A stretch of DNA of 38,441 bases, taken from Verrucomicrobiota bacterium. Lineage in GTDB: Bacteria; Verrucomicrobiota; Verrucomicrobiia; Verrucomicrobiales; V1-33. Within the stretch, counting starts at the first letter, position 1; each line of letters opens with the position of its first letter. Below the pieces are notes generated by a model that worked only from the letters and a program-made list of their open reading frames with translations, ran no database searches and was not told the origin of the DNA. Where the stretch lies: contig JANNVM010000545.1 of assembly GCA_031414455.1 (NCBI GenBank), positions 1-38,441 of the forward strand. The letters are read 5' to 3'. Position numbers and translations under genes: made by a program. Of the stretch, positions 9,140-17,115 are shown piece by piece.

Positions 9140-10791
9140 AAACCAGCCGGCTTTATCTCATCGTCCTCGCTGTCTGCGGTCTCACTGCGGGTTTCGTCGT
9201 GCGCCGCATGCAGCACCCGCCAGCGGAGCCAATGCCTGACTTGTCAGGCATCTCTGAAGACCCTGCCGCCCCTGCCGCGCCAGGCCGTGCACAGCCTCAC
9301 GTCGCGTCCGCCCTGGCCGCAGAGCTGGAGCAGCAGCTCGCCATTTCCCCGGGTGTGAACCGCTGGCTGCTCTGGATGTCTGCTCTGGAAAAGGCAAAGC
9401 TCGCCGACCTGCCGCAGCTCGCCCGCATGGCGAAAGGCGACAGCGTCCTTCTGCGCATCATCGGCGCGCGCTGGATGGAGCTGGGGCCGCAGCATCTCTT
9501 CGACACCATCATCGCCGCCGATTCCGCCAGGCCGCGCGACACCGCGTTCCCCGGGGACCGGCTGGCTGACTATCTGTTTGAGGAATGGACCCGATCCGAT
9601 GCTTCTGCGGCGTTGGCCGCGCTCAACAGCAGCCCCGCCGACACCGGGTTTCTACAGAACATGCGTCATCAGGTGGTCAACGGCATCATCCAGAAGGACC
9701 CCGAGATGGGCCTCAAATGCCTGGCCGACTGGCATATTGATAACTACGGACCATCCATGGACGGCATCACGGCATGGGCAGAGAAGGACCCGCGCCACGC
9801 CGCCGAATTCGCCCTCGCCCATCCCGCGGGCTACGCCACGCAGACCGCGCTCGGGGCCATCGGCAAGGTCTGGGCCGCGCGCGATCCCGAGGCCGCCCTG
9901 ACATTCGCTGCTGGCATCAAAGACAAGTTCGGCACCGCCCTCGCCAACGGCATCGCCAAAGAGTGGGCCGCGAAAGACCTCACGAAAGCCGCCGCATGGC
10001 TCAGCGCGGCGGATCCATCCGTGCGCAGAATGCTGAGCGGCCCGGTTCTGGAGGAGTGGGCCAAAACCGACACCACCGGCGCGATGCAGTGGATCGAGGG
10101 CCACCTCGCCGGCGGCACCATGGATGAAGCAGTGGGTGCCGTGCTGGCCGGAGTGGCGGCCAGGGACGTGAGCGCCGCCGCGGCGCTCGTCAGCGGCATG
10201 GATGCCTCGCTCGCCCGCGCTCGCGCCGCCGTTTCCGTGGCCAAAAAGTGGATGCCATCGCATGGCAGCAACCAGCCGGTGTCTGCGGAAGCCGTGACAT
10301 GGCTCGGCACGCTCGACCCCGATTCCCTGAAGCACGTGCTCGGCGAAGTGCAGTGGCAGTGGTCCGGCAACGATCCCAAAGGCTACGCCGACTTTCTCAC
10401 CACCCCCGCCGGTGCCGCCGCACCGTCATACGCCCTCGCCACCGCCGCGCGCAGCATCGCCCGCGGCGATCCCCAGGCCGCTCTGAAATGGGCCGCCGAG
10501 GTTCAGTCCGCCCGCCGTCTCGAAGCGCTGGAAGGCGTGCTCCAAGAATGGAACAACTCCCAGCCCGCCGCCGCGCTCGACTGGGCAAAACAGCTCCCTG
10601 CCCGCGACCCCCGCCGCGAATCCTACTACACCGCCGTCCTCGAACAGTTCGCCACCCACGAAACTGCCAGCACCGCCGCCAAAGCCCTCGCCTCCGGCAA
10701 CCCCGAAGCCGCCCGCAAAGCACTCAATGGACAGCAGTTACCGCCCGAAGCGCGCGCGAAACTCGACGCCTGGCTGACGAAAGTGCAGTAG
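9136..10791 (+). CDS. par1: signal-anchored Trp-repeat protein partnered with sig1
   Basis: ATGA overlap with the sig1 stop. N-terminal anchor MKTSRLYLIVLAVCGLTAGFVV. Repeats include IGKVWAARDPEAALTFAAGI, IAKEWAAKDLTKAAAWLSAA, VLEEWAKTDTTGAMQWIEGH and VLQEWNNSQPAAALDWAKQLPARDPRRE. Confidence 0.8.
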   Translation: MKTSRLYLIVLAVCGLTAGFVVRRMQHPPAEPMPDLSGISEDPAAPAAPGRAQPHVASALAAELEQQLAISPGVNRWLLWMSALEKAKLADLPQLARMAKGDSVLLRIIGARWMELGPQHLFDTIIAADSARPRDTAFPGDRLADYLFEEWTRSDASAALAALNSSPADTGFLQNMRHQVVNGIIQKDPEMGLKCLADWHIDNYGPSMDGITAWAEKDPRHAAEFALAHPAGYATQTALGAIGKVWAARDPEAALTFAAGIKDKFGTALANGIAKEWAAKDLTKAAAWLSAADPSVRRMLSGPVLEEWAKTDTTGAMQWIEGHLAGGTMDEAVGAVLAGVAARDVSAAAALVSGMDASLARARAAVSVAKKWMPSHGSNQPVSAEAVTWLGTLDPDSLKHVLGEVQWQWSGNDPKGYADFLTTPAGAAAPSYALATAARSIARGDPQAALKWAAEVQSARRLEALEGVLQEWNNSQPAAALDWAKQLPARDPRRESYYTAVLEQFATHETASTAAKALASGNPEAARKALNGQQLPPEARAKLDAWLTKVQ

Positions 10792-10799
10792 AATTGTCC

Positions 10800-10837
10800 G
10801 TCACACTTTTCGGCCGGCGGAGGTTCACTTAATAAAG
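10800..10837 (+). promoter_or_regulatory. Module leader motif, copy A (immediately upstream of sig2a)
   Basis: GTCACACTTTTCGGCCGGCGGAGGTTCACTTAATAAAG followed by ATG. The GTCACAYTTTTC block ends 26 nt before the start codon. Function unknown. Confidence 0.5.
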
Positions 10838-12865
10838 ATGACCACGCACGACGACACCACACTGCTGAATGCCTGGATCCGCGAAGGCTCGGATGAGTCC
10901 TTCGGGGTGCTGGCGCGGCGTTATGCCGGCCTGCTTTTTCATGCCGGGCTGCGGCGGACAGGGAGCCCGGAACTGGCGCAGGAGGCGGCCCAGAATGCGC
11001 TGGCCATTTTGGCCCGGAAGGCAGCGCGCGTGTCCGCCACGCCCAGTCTCGCTCCATGGTTGCACCGCACTGTCAGTTATGAAGCCGCCACGCTCCTCCG
11101 TCGTGAGCGACGCCACGAAGCCCGTATGAAAACCTATATTCCCCCGGATGACAGCCCGGATCCGTGGGCCAGGGCCGCCCCCATTCTCGATGCGGCACTC
11201 AATGACCTGCCAGAGCAAGACCGCCGCGTGCTTCTCATGAAGTATGTGGATGGCTGGACCTTTGAGCAAATGTCAGAACGGCTGGGCGGACAATCCGCCA
11301 CCTGGCGGAAGCGCGGGTCGCGTGCCGTGGAGCAGTTGCGGCGTGCCTTTGCCAGGAAAGGCGTTGCCCTGCCCGGCGCGGTCATCGCTGCGGGACTGCA
11401 TGACGTTCTTACCCAACCCGCACCCGCAGCCATCACGGCAGTCCTCGCCACCGGACCTCTCACCGCTGCCGGCGGACTCTCATGGAAAACGCTCACCCTG
11501 CACACCCTCTACATTATGAAAGTCAAACAAACCGCTATCGCGCTGGGCATCGTGCTCGCAGCGCTTATTCCGCTCGGCCTGCAATATTTCTCCAATGCTG
11601 CCGCCCGCACGCGAGTGGCCGACCTGACAACCTCCGTGCGAGCCATGCGCGCCAATGCTGGACCTGCATCGGACGGGACCGCACGCCGCGAGGCCCGCTC
11701 CGCTCCAGCGACAGCCTCAAGCAAAACAGGCGTGCCGGACGGCATTGACCTGGTCGCATGGGCAGAACTCCTGAGCAAACGCGAGCCGACCAGCACCGCC
11801 GAGATGGCGAAAATGCTCAGCGTTCGAAATACCATCGGCTCGCTTGATGCCGATGCCCTGGAGGGACTGATCCTGGCAGCAGAAAAGCTGGATCTGCCAC
11901 CCGCCAAGCGCAGCGGGCTGATCATCGCTCTGCTTTCACCCCTCACGTTGAAAGCACCAGCCACGGCCCTCAAAATCTCTGTGCGTATGGCAGCGACGGC
12001 CTCAGCAGAAGACAGTTTACCCCTGAGTTTCCAAGCGGGAGCGGCCATCGGACTCTGGGTCTCCAAAGAACCGGAAGCGGCCGAAGCATGGTTCGCCAAA
12101 GCCAAAACAGACGGTGCCTTTGAATCCAGACAGCTTTCCAACATGATGAGCCTGGAGAGCACCCTGCAGCAGCATCGCATCGCTGGTCTGTTGAGGTCCC
12201 GTCCTGATATCGCGGAAAAGGAAATCACCCTGGTCCCCCCGCAGGATGCAGCCAACGCGCTCAGCCTGGCCGTGAAGACCCTCGATCCGGCGCTCGTGCT
12301 GCGGATGGCCAAACTTCTCCCGCCGGGCTACCAGGCCAATGCGGTCGCCGGTGCCGTGAGACACCTGGCGGACACTGACCCCGCTGCCGCAGCGCAATTG
12401 GCGAGATCCATCGATGCGAATGATGATGGCAAACGTGCCCTGCTGGCCGGTGTGGCATCGTCCATCGCCAGAACGGACGAAGGCAAAACTGACTGGACAC
12501 AAGTGAAAGCTCAGGCTGCCTGGTTGCGCCACGAGGCCCCTCAGGGCCAGGCGGAAGAGGCGGTCGGCTTATTCCTCGCCATGCAGGGGCAACAAGACCT
12601 GGCCCGTGCCATGGAGGCCTATCAGCAGGAAATCGCCGCGCAATCCCCGACCGATCCGGTGCTCACCAGTTCCTTTGCCAGAAACCTCGGAATGACCGGA
12701 AAGGCCCAGTTCAAAGCAGCGATGGATCTCGTGGAGGCCATGCCCGCAGGCGCGGAGCGGGAGCGTGCCCTCACCGAACTTGGCGAGTCCCGCTGGTCGG
12801 GGCAGAAGCGAACGCGCGTGATCACGTCCGGGCGCCAAACTCCAGACCCCGCTTCCAAACCATGA
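10838..12865 (+). CDS. sig2a: membrane-tethered ECF sigma fusion
   Basis: Region 2 is FGVLARRYAGLLFHAGLRRTGSPELAQEAAQNALAILARKAA..PWLHRTVSYEAATLLRRERR. Region 4 is LPEQDRRVLLMKYVDGWTFEQMSERLGGQSATWRKRGSRAVEQLRRAF. The TM segment is TAIALGIVLAALIPLGLQYF. The C-terminal domain is about 420 aa, with AAIGLWVSKEPEAAEAWFAKA and VRHLADTDPAAAAQLARSI. Confidence 0.9.
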   Translation: MTTHDDTTLLNAWIREGSDESFGVLARRYAGLLFHAGLRRTGSPELAQEAAQNALAILARKAARVSATPSLAPWLHRTVSYEAATLLRRERRHEARMKTYIPPDDSPDPWARAAPILDAALNDLPEQDRRVLLMKYVDGWTFEQMSERLGGQSATWRKRGSRAVEQLRRAFARKGVALPGAVIAAGLHDVLTQPAPAAITAVLATGPLTAAGGLSWKTLTLHTLYIMKVKQTAIALGIVLAALIPLGLQYFSNAAARTRVADLTTSVRAMRANAGPASDGTARREARSAPATASSKTGVPDGIDLVAWAELLSKREPTSTAEMAKMLSVRNTIGSLDADALEGLILAAEKLDLPPAKRSGLIIALLSPLTLKAPATALKISVRMAATASAEDSLPLSFQAGAAIGLWVSKEPEAAEAWFAKAKTDGAFESRQLSNMMSLESTLQQHRIAGLLRSRPDIAEKEITLVPPQDAANALSLAVKTLDPALVLRMAKLLPPGYQANAVAGAVRHLADTDPAAAAQLARSIDANDDGKRALLAGVASSIARTDEGKTDWTQVKAQAAWLRHEAPQGQAEEAVGLFLAMQGQQDLARAMEAYQQEIAAQSPTDPVLTSSFARNLGMTGKAQFKAAMDLVEAMPAGAERERALTELGESRWSGQKRTRVITSGRQTPDPASKP

Positions 12866-14181
12866 ACCGTCGCCACCTCACTTTTGTTCTGCTGGTCGTT
12901 GCCTCTGCCGCACTTTTCCAATGGTGGCAAAGCACGCAGATCCTCGCCGCTGAAACCAATCTGCGCACCGAACTTGCCAGGCTCAAAGAGCAGAAAGAGC
13001 CGCCGCCAGTCCCTTCCGATCCCGCTGCTCCTGCTGCTGCAAACACCACACCTCCAGAGCCCGAAAAATTTGATCCGGATAAACTGGTCTCTGACTTCAT
13101 GGCACTCGTCCCCCTGATCCGTGACGCCAGAAACAAGGCCCCGGCATCAACGGGCGACCTTGAGCAAAGGGCCATGGTGATCATGGCGCAGATCTCCACC
13201 GCCCCGCCAGCACTGCTGAAGCAGGCCTTCGAAAAACTGATGAGTTCCGCCCTCCCCGACGACATCAAAAACGAAACCAGTCAGGCATTGTTGCTTCGCC
13301 TGGCGGAAACTGACCCGGCGTGGGCGGTCGCGCAAACCGTGAAAATGGCGGACCATCCACATATTCTCCGAAGTATCCTCAAGGTCTGGGCGACGAAAGA
13401 CGCCGCTGCGGCCACCGCATGGATCGAGACCGCCGTCAAGGATGGCAGTCTCGCTGGATTCGACAAAGGCCTCGTCAGATACGACGACGGCGGCCTCGTC
13501 AAATCGCTGAGATATGACGTCGCTGCGGCTCAGGCTGCGGCAGATCCCATGACCGCACTGAATGAACTGCCCGGACTCAGTCCCGAAGAGCAACGTCAAG
13601 CCGTGACGAGCATGGCCTCATCTCTGAAAACCGCTGATCAGCGTCGGGCCGCACTCGAACGTATTGGCGGCGGAGACCAACCGACAGATAAACACTTTCA
13701 GACGCTGCAGCACTTCGCCAAAGCCCTCGGCGAAAACGTCGGCTTTGAGGCCAGTCGCGAAGCCCTGGAGTCAGCAAAACTATCGCCCCACATGCACGAT
13801 GCCACCGCCGCCATCCTCGCCGCCACCGGCATCGGACCCGAGACCGCGGCCCGCGCCAATTGGTTATTGGAAAACCGCCGCACCACCGAACCCGAAGCCC
13901 TCCAGGGCTTCGTTCAAACGTGGACCAAGGCCGACTACAACGGAGCCGCCACCTGGCTGCGCGACCTCCCGCCGAGCACGAACCGCGATGCCGCGATAGC
14001 CGCCTTCGCACCTCTCGTCGCTCAAAAAGAGCCCCCCTCCGCCGTAGATTGGGCCATCACCATCACCGACCCCGCGCAACGCACGACCGCTCTGAACCAA
14101 GTCTGGAAGAACTGGAAAGCCCACGCCCCGGAGGAAGCCGCCTCCTATTTCCGCGAGAAGGGGCTGCCCAGCCCGGAGTGA
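12862..14181 (+). CDS. par2a: signal-anchored Trp-repeat partner of sig2a
   Basis: ATGA overlap with sig2a. The N-terminus is MNRRHLTFVLLVVASAALFQWW, with only about 5 residues before the TM. Repeats include LKVWATKDAAAATAWIETAV, FVQTWTKADYNGAATWLRDLPPSTNRDAAIAAF and LNQVWKNWKAHAPEEAASYF. Confidence 0.85.
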   Translation: MNRRHLTFVLLVVASAALFQWWQSTQILAAETNLRTELARLKEQKEPPPVPSDPAAPAAANTTPPEPEKFDPDKLVSDFMALVPLIRDARNKAPASTGDLEQRAMVIMAQISTAPPALLKQAFEKLMSSALPDDIKNETSQALLLRLAETDPAWAVAQTVKMADHPHILRSILKVWATKDAAAATAWIETAVKDGSLAGFDKGLVRYDDGGLVKSLRYDVAAAQAAADPMTALNELPGLSPEEQRQAVTSMASSLKTADQRRAALERIGGGDQPTDKHFQTLQHFAKALGENVGFEASREALESAKLSPHMHDATAAILAATGIGPETAARANWLLENRRTTEPEALQGFVQTWTKADYNGAATWLRDLPPSTNRDAAIAAFAPLVAQKEPPSAVDWAITITDPAQRTTALNQVWKNWKAHAPEEAASYFREKGLPSPE

Positions 14182-14258
14182 GTCAACGCCTCGCCCACCG
14201 AAACGGGAATGGGGGAATTTCATCCACAACCGAAGCAGCACGGAGCTAAAACTTTTTC
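14182..14258 (+). repeat. Conserved post-partner element, copy 1
   Basis: Contains the 36-nt block CCACCGAAACGGGAATGGGGGAATTTCATCCACAAC (14195-14230), identical to 21364-21399. It is followed by GAAGCAGCACGGAGC and AAAACTTTT, also shared. A partial leader-like CTTTTCGCGGGTGGCGTTCAC follows at about 14272-14292. Confidence 0.7.
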
Positions 14259-14505
14259 TGAAAGGAATTTTCTTTTCGCGGGTGGCGTTCACTGGCGGGA
14301 CGGGGACCGGGGAGAGAGGGGGTCTGGCGGCTTTGGCGGTGGGAAAGCAGACAATATTTTTAGCCCACCACGCTGAACGCGATTCGCGGAACCCTTCGTT
14401 GCAAGAATCACTAGCATTCCTCGTCTGGTTTTCCCTAATTTGAGCGCGCTCCACGGCATGTGTTCCTGGCCTCCGTAAAGATTTTCGAAAAATTGCTTCC
14501 CCCAT

Positions 14506-14541
14506 GTCACATTTTTCCAGTGAGATTGGGTTTATAGAGAG
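14506..14541 (+). promoter_or_regulatory. Module leader motif, copy D (upstream of sig3)
   Basis: GTCACATTTTTCCAGTGAGATTGGGTTTATAGAGAG followed by ATG. The GTCACAYTTTTC block ends 24 nt before the start. Confidence 0.45.
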
Positions 14542-16707
14542 ATGAGTGAGATTCATGACAACCAACTGCTGCGCGATTATGCGTGTGATGCTTCTGAGAC
14601 GGCGTTTGCGTCGTTGGCTCGGCGTTATGCCGGGCTCGTTTTCCATGTTGCCATGCGCTGCTCCGGGTCTGCGGAGTTGGCGGAAGAGGCGGCTCAAAAT
14701 ACCTTCGTGATATTGGCTAGTAAAGCCGCTCGGATCGATGCTTCCGGAGGGTTGGCTCCGTGGTTGCACCGCACGGCATTTTTTGAAGCCAGCAAATTGA
14801 GGGATCGGGAGCATCGCTATCAGCGCAAAGTATCGAGCCTGGCCGAACGAGCCTCCACCGACTGCACTGAGGCTGGATCTTGGGAGGGCACGGCCCCGAT
14901 CCTGGATCTCATGTTGAACGAGCTGGACAAGGAGGATCTCCGGGTGATTTTGCTTCGGTTTTATGAGGGATGCTCCTACCGCGAAATGGCCGGTCGGTTT
15001 GGCAGCGGGGAGGCCACTTGGCGCAAGCGTTGTAATCGGGCTGTGGAGCGTCTGCGAGAGAAACTTACCAAACGAGGGGCCTGCATTCCGACCGCCGTCC
15101 TGATTGCTGCTCTCACGGCTCTGCTGCCGCAACCGGCACCCGCTTCGCTCGTGGAAACATTGGCTCGACCAGTGGTTGCCGCGACTGTGGGAACCGGAAT
15201 TATCCTCATGACCTACGCGAAAGTTGCGGCGCTGGTAATCGGTCTGTTGGTAGTGATGGGGATCGGGATCGGGCTTTTCAGTGTTCCTCACAATAAATCA
15301 TCCGCAGAAATCCCAGCGGCAACTCAGCCTGCAGACTCTGAGAAAGAAACACAGCCTGCTGAAGTTGCTGAACCCACCTCCGTGCCACCATTCAATGCCG
15401 GGCAGCGGCGTGCGTGGCTGAACGCATTTCGAGAACATCTTTACGAGCGGGGTGCTCCTCACAGCAATGATCTGATGCCTCAAATAGGCGGCCTCGGGAG
15501 TCGAGCGGGGCGATCCTCCATCCATGAGTTCGCAGACCGCACTGGAGGCGATGCTTCGGAGGTCATCGCCATCCTCAAGGAGGCCCTCTATTCGGATCGT
15601 GCCACCGTCGCCTATCGGGCGTTAGGTTACTGGGGATGGGTGAGAACTTTTGCCGAAGCAGATGGTGCCAATACCTTGATCAAATTTGTCGGCAAAACAG
15701 CCACCCGGAGCCTTGCGATGTATGCCATGAACATCCTCGGACAATTTCCCATTTATCCACAATCGAACATGCCACAGCGGTTCATCGACCTGATTGAGCA
15801 CGGTTCACAAAACGCCAGGATCGCCCTTTCCTATTACGGAGGCGGCTTTGCGGAGCAGAAAGGCATGGAATCCTTGGCGGAAAATTTACTCCCACTTTTG
15901 AAAAACACCGATCCCACAACACGCTATGCCGCCGCAAGAATTCTGTCCGACATTCCAGCCATGCGGGATGAGCATGTTTTCGCAGCATTGTTGGATATTC
16001 CATCCGGCTTGGAAAAGTATCACTATGAGGGGACACTGTCCCAGCTCCTGGAGATGCCTCCAGAAGCAGCGGAGCCAAACCGCGAGCGGCTCCAAGCTCT
16101 GATGATTGACATGCGGACCAAACTCAGCGCGGACACACAAGTCTATGAGGCCCTGCTAAAATTCAACCTGGCCGATGGCGATGCGGCATCCTTCGCGACC
16201 TGGAAATCCGAAGCAGATGCGCTCAGTGCCCGTCAGGGAGACGAAACCCTCACCGTCCCGGAATTGATCAAAGCCATGGACAATCCCCTGGCGCGGGACA
16301 TCGCCCTCAAAGAGATCGGGCGGATCGGACCTAATGCCATCGACTACCGGGAAACGCTCATTGAGCTGGTGAAAAAGTTCCCACTCGATGAAGCCCTGGC
16401 CGGTGTCGCCCACGACACCGACATCAACGCCCTGCATCCCTCTCCGTGGATAGATATGCGCGGAATGTTCCCTGTGCTAAAAAGCATCGACGAAGCCTTG
16501 GCCGCCTCGCAAGATCCCGCCTGGATCGCCTTTCGCCACGATCTCGACGTTTGGATGATCGACGAACCCAAGACAAATGCCACAGTAGCCCGGAATCTAG
16601 CCGCCGATCTGGGAGATGTCAGCCCGGAGCTGCGAGTGCTATTTCTCCAGCAGCTGCGAACTCACACTCCTGAATTAGCAGACGTGGCGTTTGGGAAAGC
16701 TGAGTGA
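14542..16707 (+). CDS. sig3: membrane-tethered ECF sigma fusion with a different (HEAT-like) C-terminal domain; no partner gene
   Basis: Region 2 is FASLARRYAGLVFHVAMRCSGSAELAEEAAQNTFVILASKAA..PWLHRTAFFEASKLRDRE. Region 4 is DLRVILLRFYEGCSYREMAGRFGSGEATWRKRCNRAVERLREKL. The TM segment is VAALVIGLLVVMGIGIGLFSV. The C-terminal ~470 aa lacks the W..DP..A..W repeat and has HEAT-like stretches (LLKNTDPTTRYAAARILSDIPAMRDEHVFAALLDI). Spot GC is about 52-53%. Confidence 0.85.
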   Translation: MSEIHDNQLLRDYACDASETAFASLARRYAGLVFHVAMRCSGSAELAEEAAQNTFVILASKAARIDASGGLAPWLHRTAFFEASKLRDREHRYQRKVSSLAERASTDCTEAGSWEGTAPILDLMLNELDKEDLRVILLRFYEGCSYREMAGRFGSGEATWRKRCNRAVERLREKLTKRGACIPTAVLIAALTALLPQPAPASLVETLARPVVAATVGTGIILMTYAKVAALVIGLLVVMGIGIGLFSVPHNKSSAEIPAATQPADSEKETQPAEVAEPTSVPPFNAGQRRAWLNAFREHLYERGAPHSNDLMPQIGGLGSRAGRSSIHEFADRTGGDASEVIAILKEALYSDRATVAYRALGYWGWVRTFAEADGANTLIKFVGKTATRSLAMYAMNILGQFPIYPQSNMPQRFIDLIEHGSQNARIALSYYGGGFAEQKGMESLAENLLPLLKNTDPTTRYAAARILSDIPAMRDEHVFAALLDIPSGLEKYHYEGTLSQLLEMPPEAAEPNRERLQALMIDMRTKLSADTQVYEALLKFNLADGDAASFATWKSEADALSARQGDETLTVPELIKAMDNPLARDIALKEIGRIGPNAIDYRETLIELVKKFPLDEALAGVAHDTDINALHPSPWIDMRGMFPVLKSIDEALAASQDPAWIAFRHDLDVWMIDEPKTNATVARNLAADLGDVSPELRVLFLQQLRTHTPELADVAFGKAE

Positions 16708-16734
16708 GAAGGCCCGCTGGCATCGGTCGCAACG

Positions 16735-17010
16735 ATGGCTATTTGCCAGTCTTGGCGGCTCCAGGGAGGCCGGACCCTGGAGATCCTCCGCGAAGGCTAT
16801 AGCAAAACCACCGAGACCCGCCTCACCGGACCGAACCCAGAAGCCGCCCACGAAGCACTGAATTGAAAGCAGTTAACACCCGAAGCGCGCGCGAAACTCG
16901 ACGCCTGGCTGAAGAAAGTTCAGTAGAAATCTGCGTCACACTTTTCCCTCGGTGGCGGTTTTATTTACGGAACGACTACGACGCCATGAGACACTGCCGA
17001 ACTGAACGTG
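16735..17010 (+). pseudogene. Decayed copy of the par1-tail / leader / sig2-start junction
   Basis: The frame reads ..LEILREGYSKTTETRLTGPNPEAAHEALN*KQLTPEARAKLDAWLKKVQ*. The par1 C-terminus reads ..VLEQFATHETASTAAKALASGNPEAARKALNGQQLPPEARAKLDAWLTKVQ*. The in-frame TGA is at 16864-16866. Leader copy B follows at 16935. After it, by-eye similarity to sig2 codons continues (ACGACG..ACACTGC[C/T]GAA..TGCCT) but is out of frame with stops. Confidence 0.6.
16935..16970 (+). promoter_or_regulatory. Module leader motif, copy B (orphan, no intact sigma gene behind it)
   Basis: GTCACACTTTTCCCTCGGTGGCGGTTTTATTTACGG aligns with copy A through GTCACACTTTTC and CGG[C/T]GG[A/C]GGTT. Confidence 0.5.
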
Positions 17011-17115
17011 CCTCCGTCAGGAAAACCCGTCCCGGAGTATCACGAATCAAAGACTTCTCCGGTTTTCTCCGCAACTGGGGAGTAATCTTTCAAGGATCAG
17101 CACTACCCAAACATT

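Larger units (their letters stand above)
10800..14258 (+). repeat. Segmental duplication, copy 1 (leader + sig2a + par2a + 3' flank)
   Basis: Collinear with 18022-21427. Both ends are nearly identical at nucleotide level, and the middle is clearly diverged (see findings). Confidence 0.9.

Noticed and set aside
10626-11057. Paired 'MERDWAWR...' minus-strand ORFs (10626-11057 and 17910-18278) that look like a conserved gene
   Set aside because: They are conserved only because they lie antisense to the duplicated sig2a/sig2b 5' regions. This reflects the duplication and is not independent coding evidence.
12862-14181. Interpreting the partner proteins as classical anti-sigma factors
   Set aside because: Only about 5 residues precede the TM helix, so there is no cytoplasmic anti-sigma domain to bind sigma. 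No ZAS motif is seen. They may still regulate from the periplasmic side (see findings).
13864-15291. 475-aa ORF on the minus strand
   Set aside because: It is antisense to the 3' end of par2a and the 5' half of sig3. Its composition is R/G/S/P-rich and no domain is recognisable. The sense strand has clear homology.
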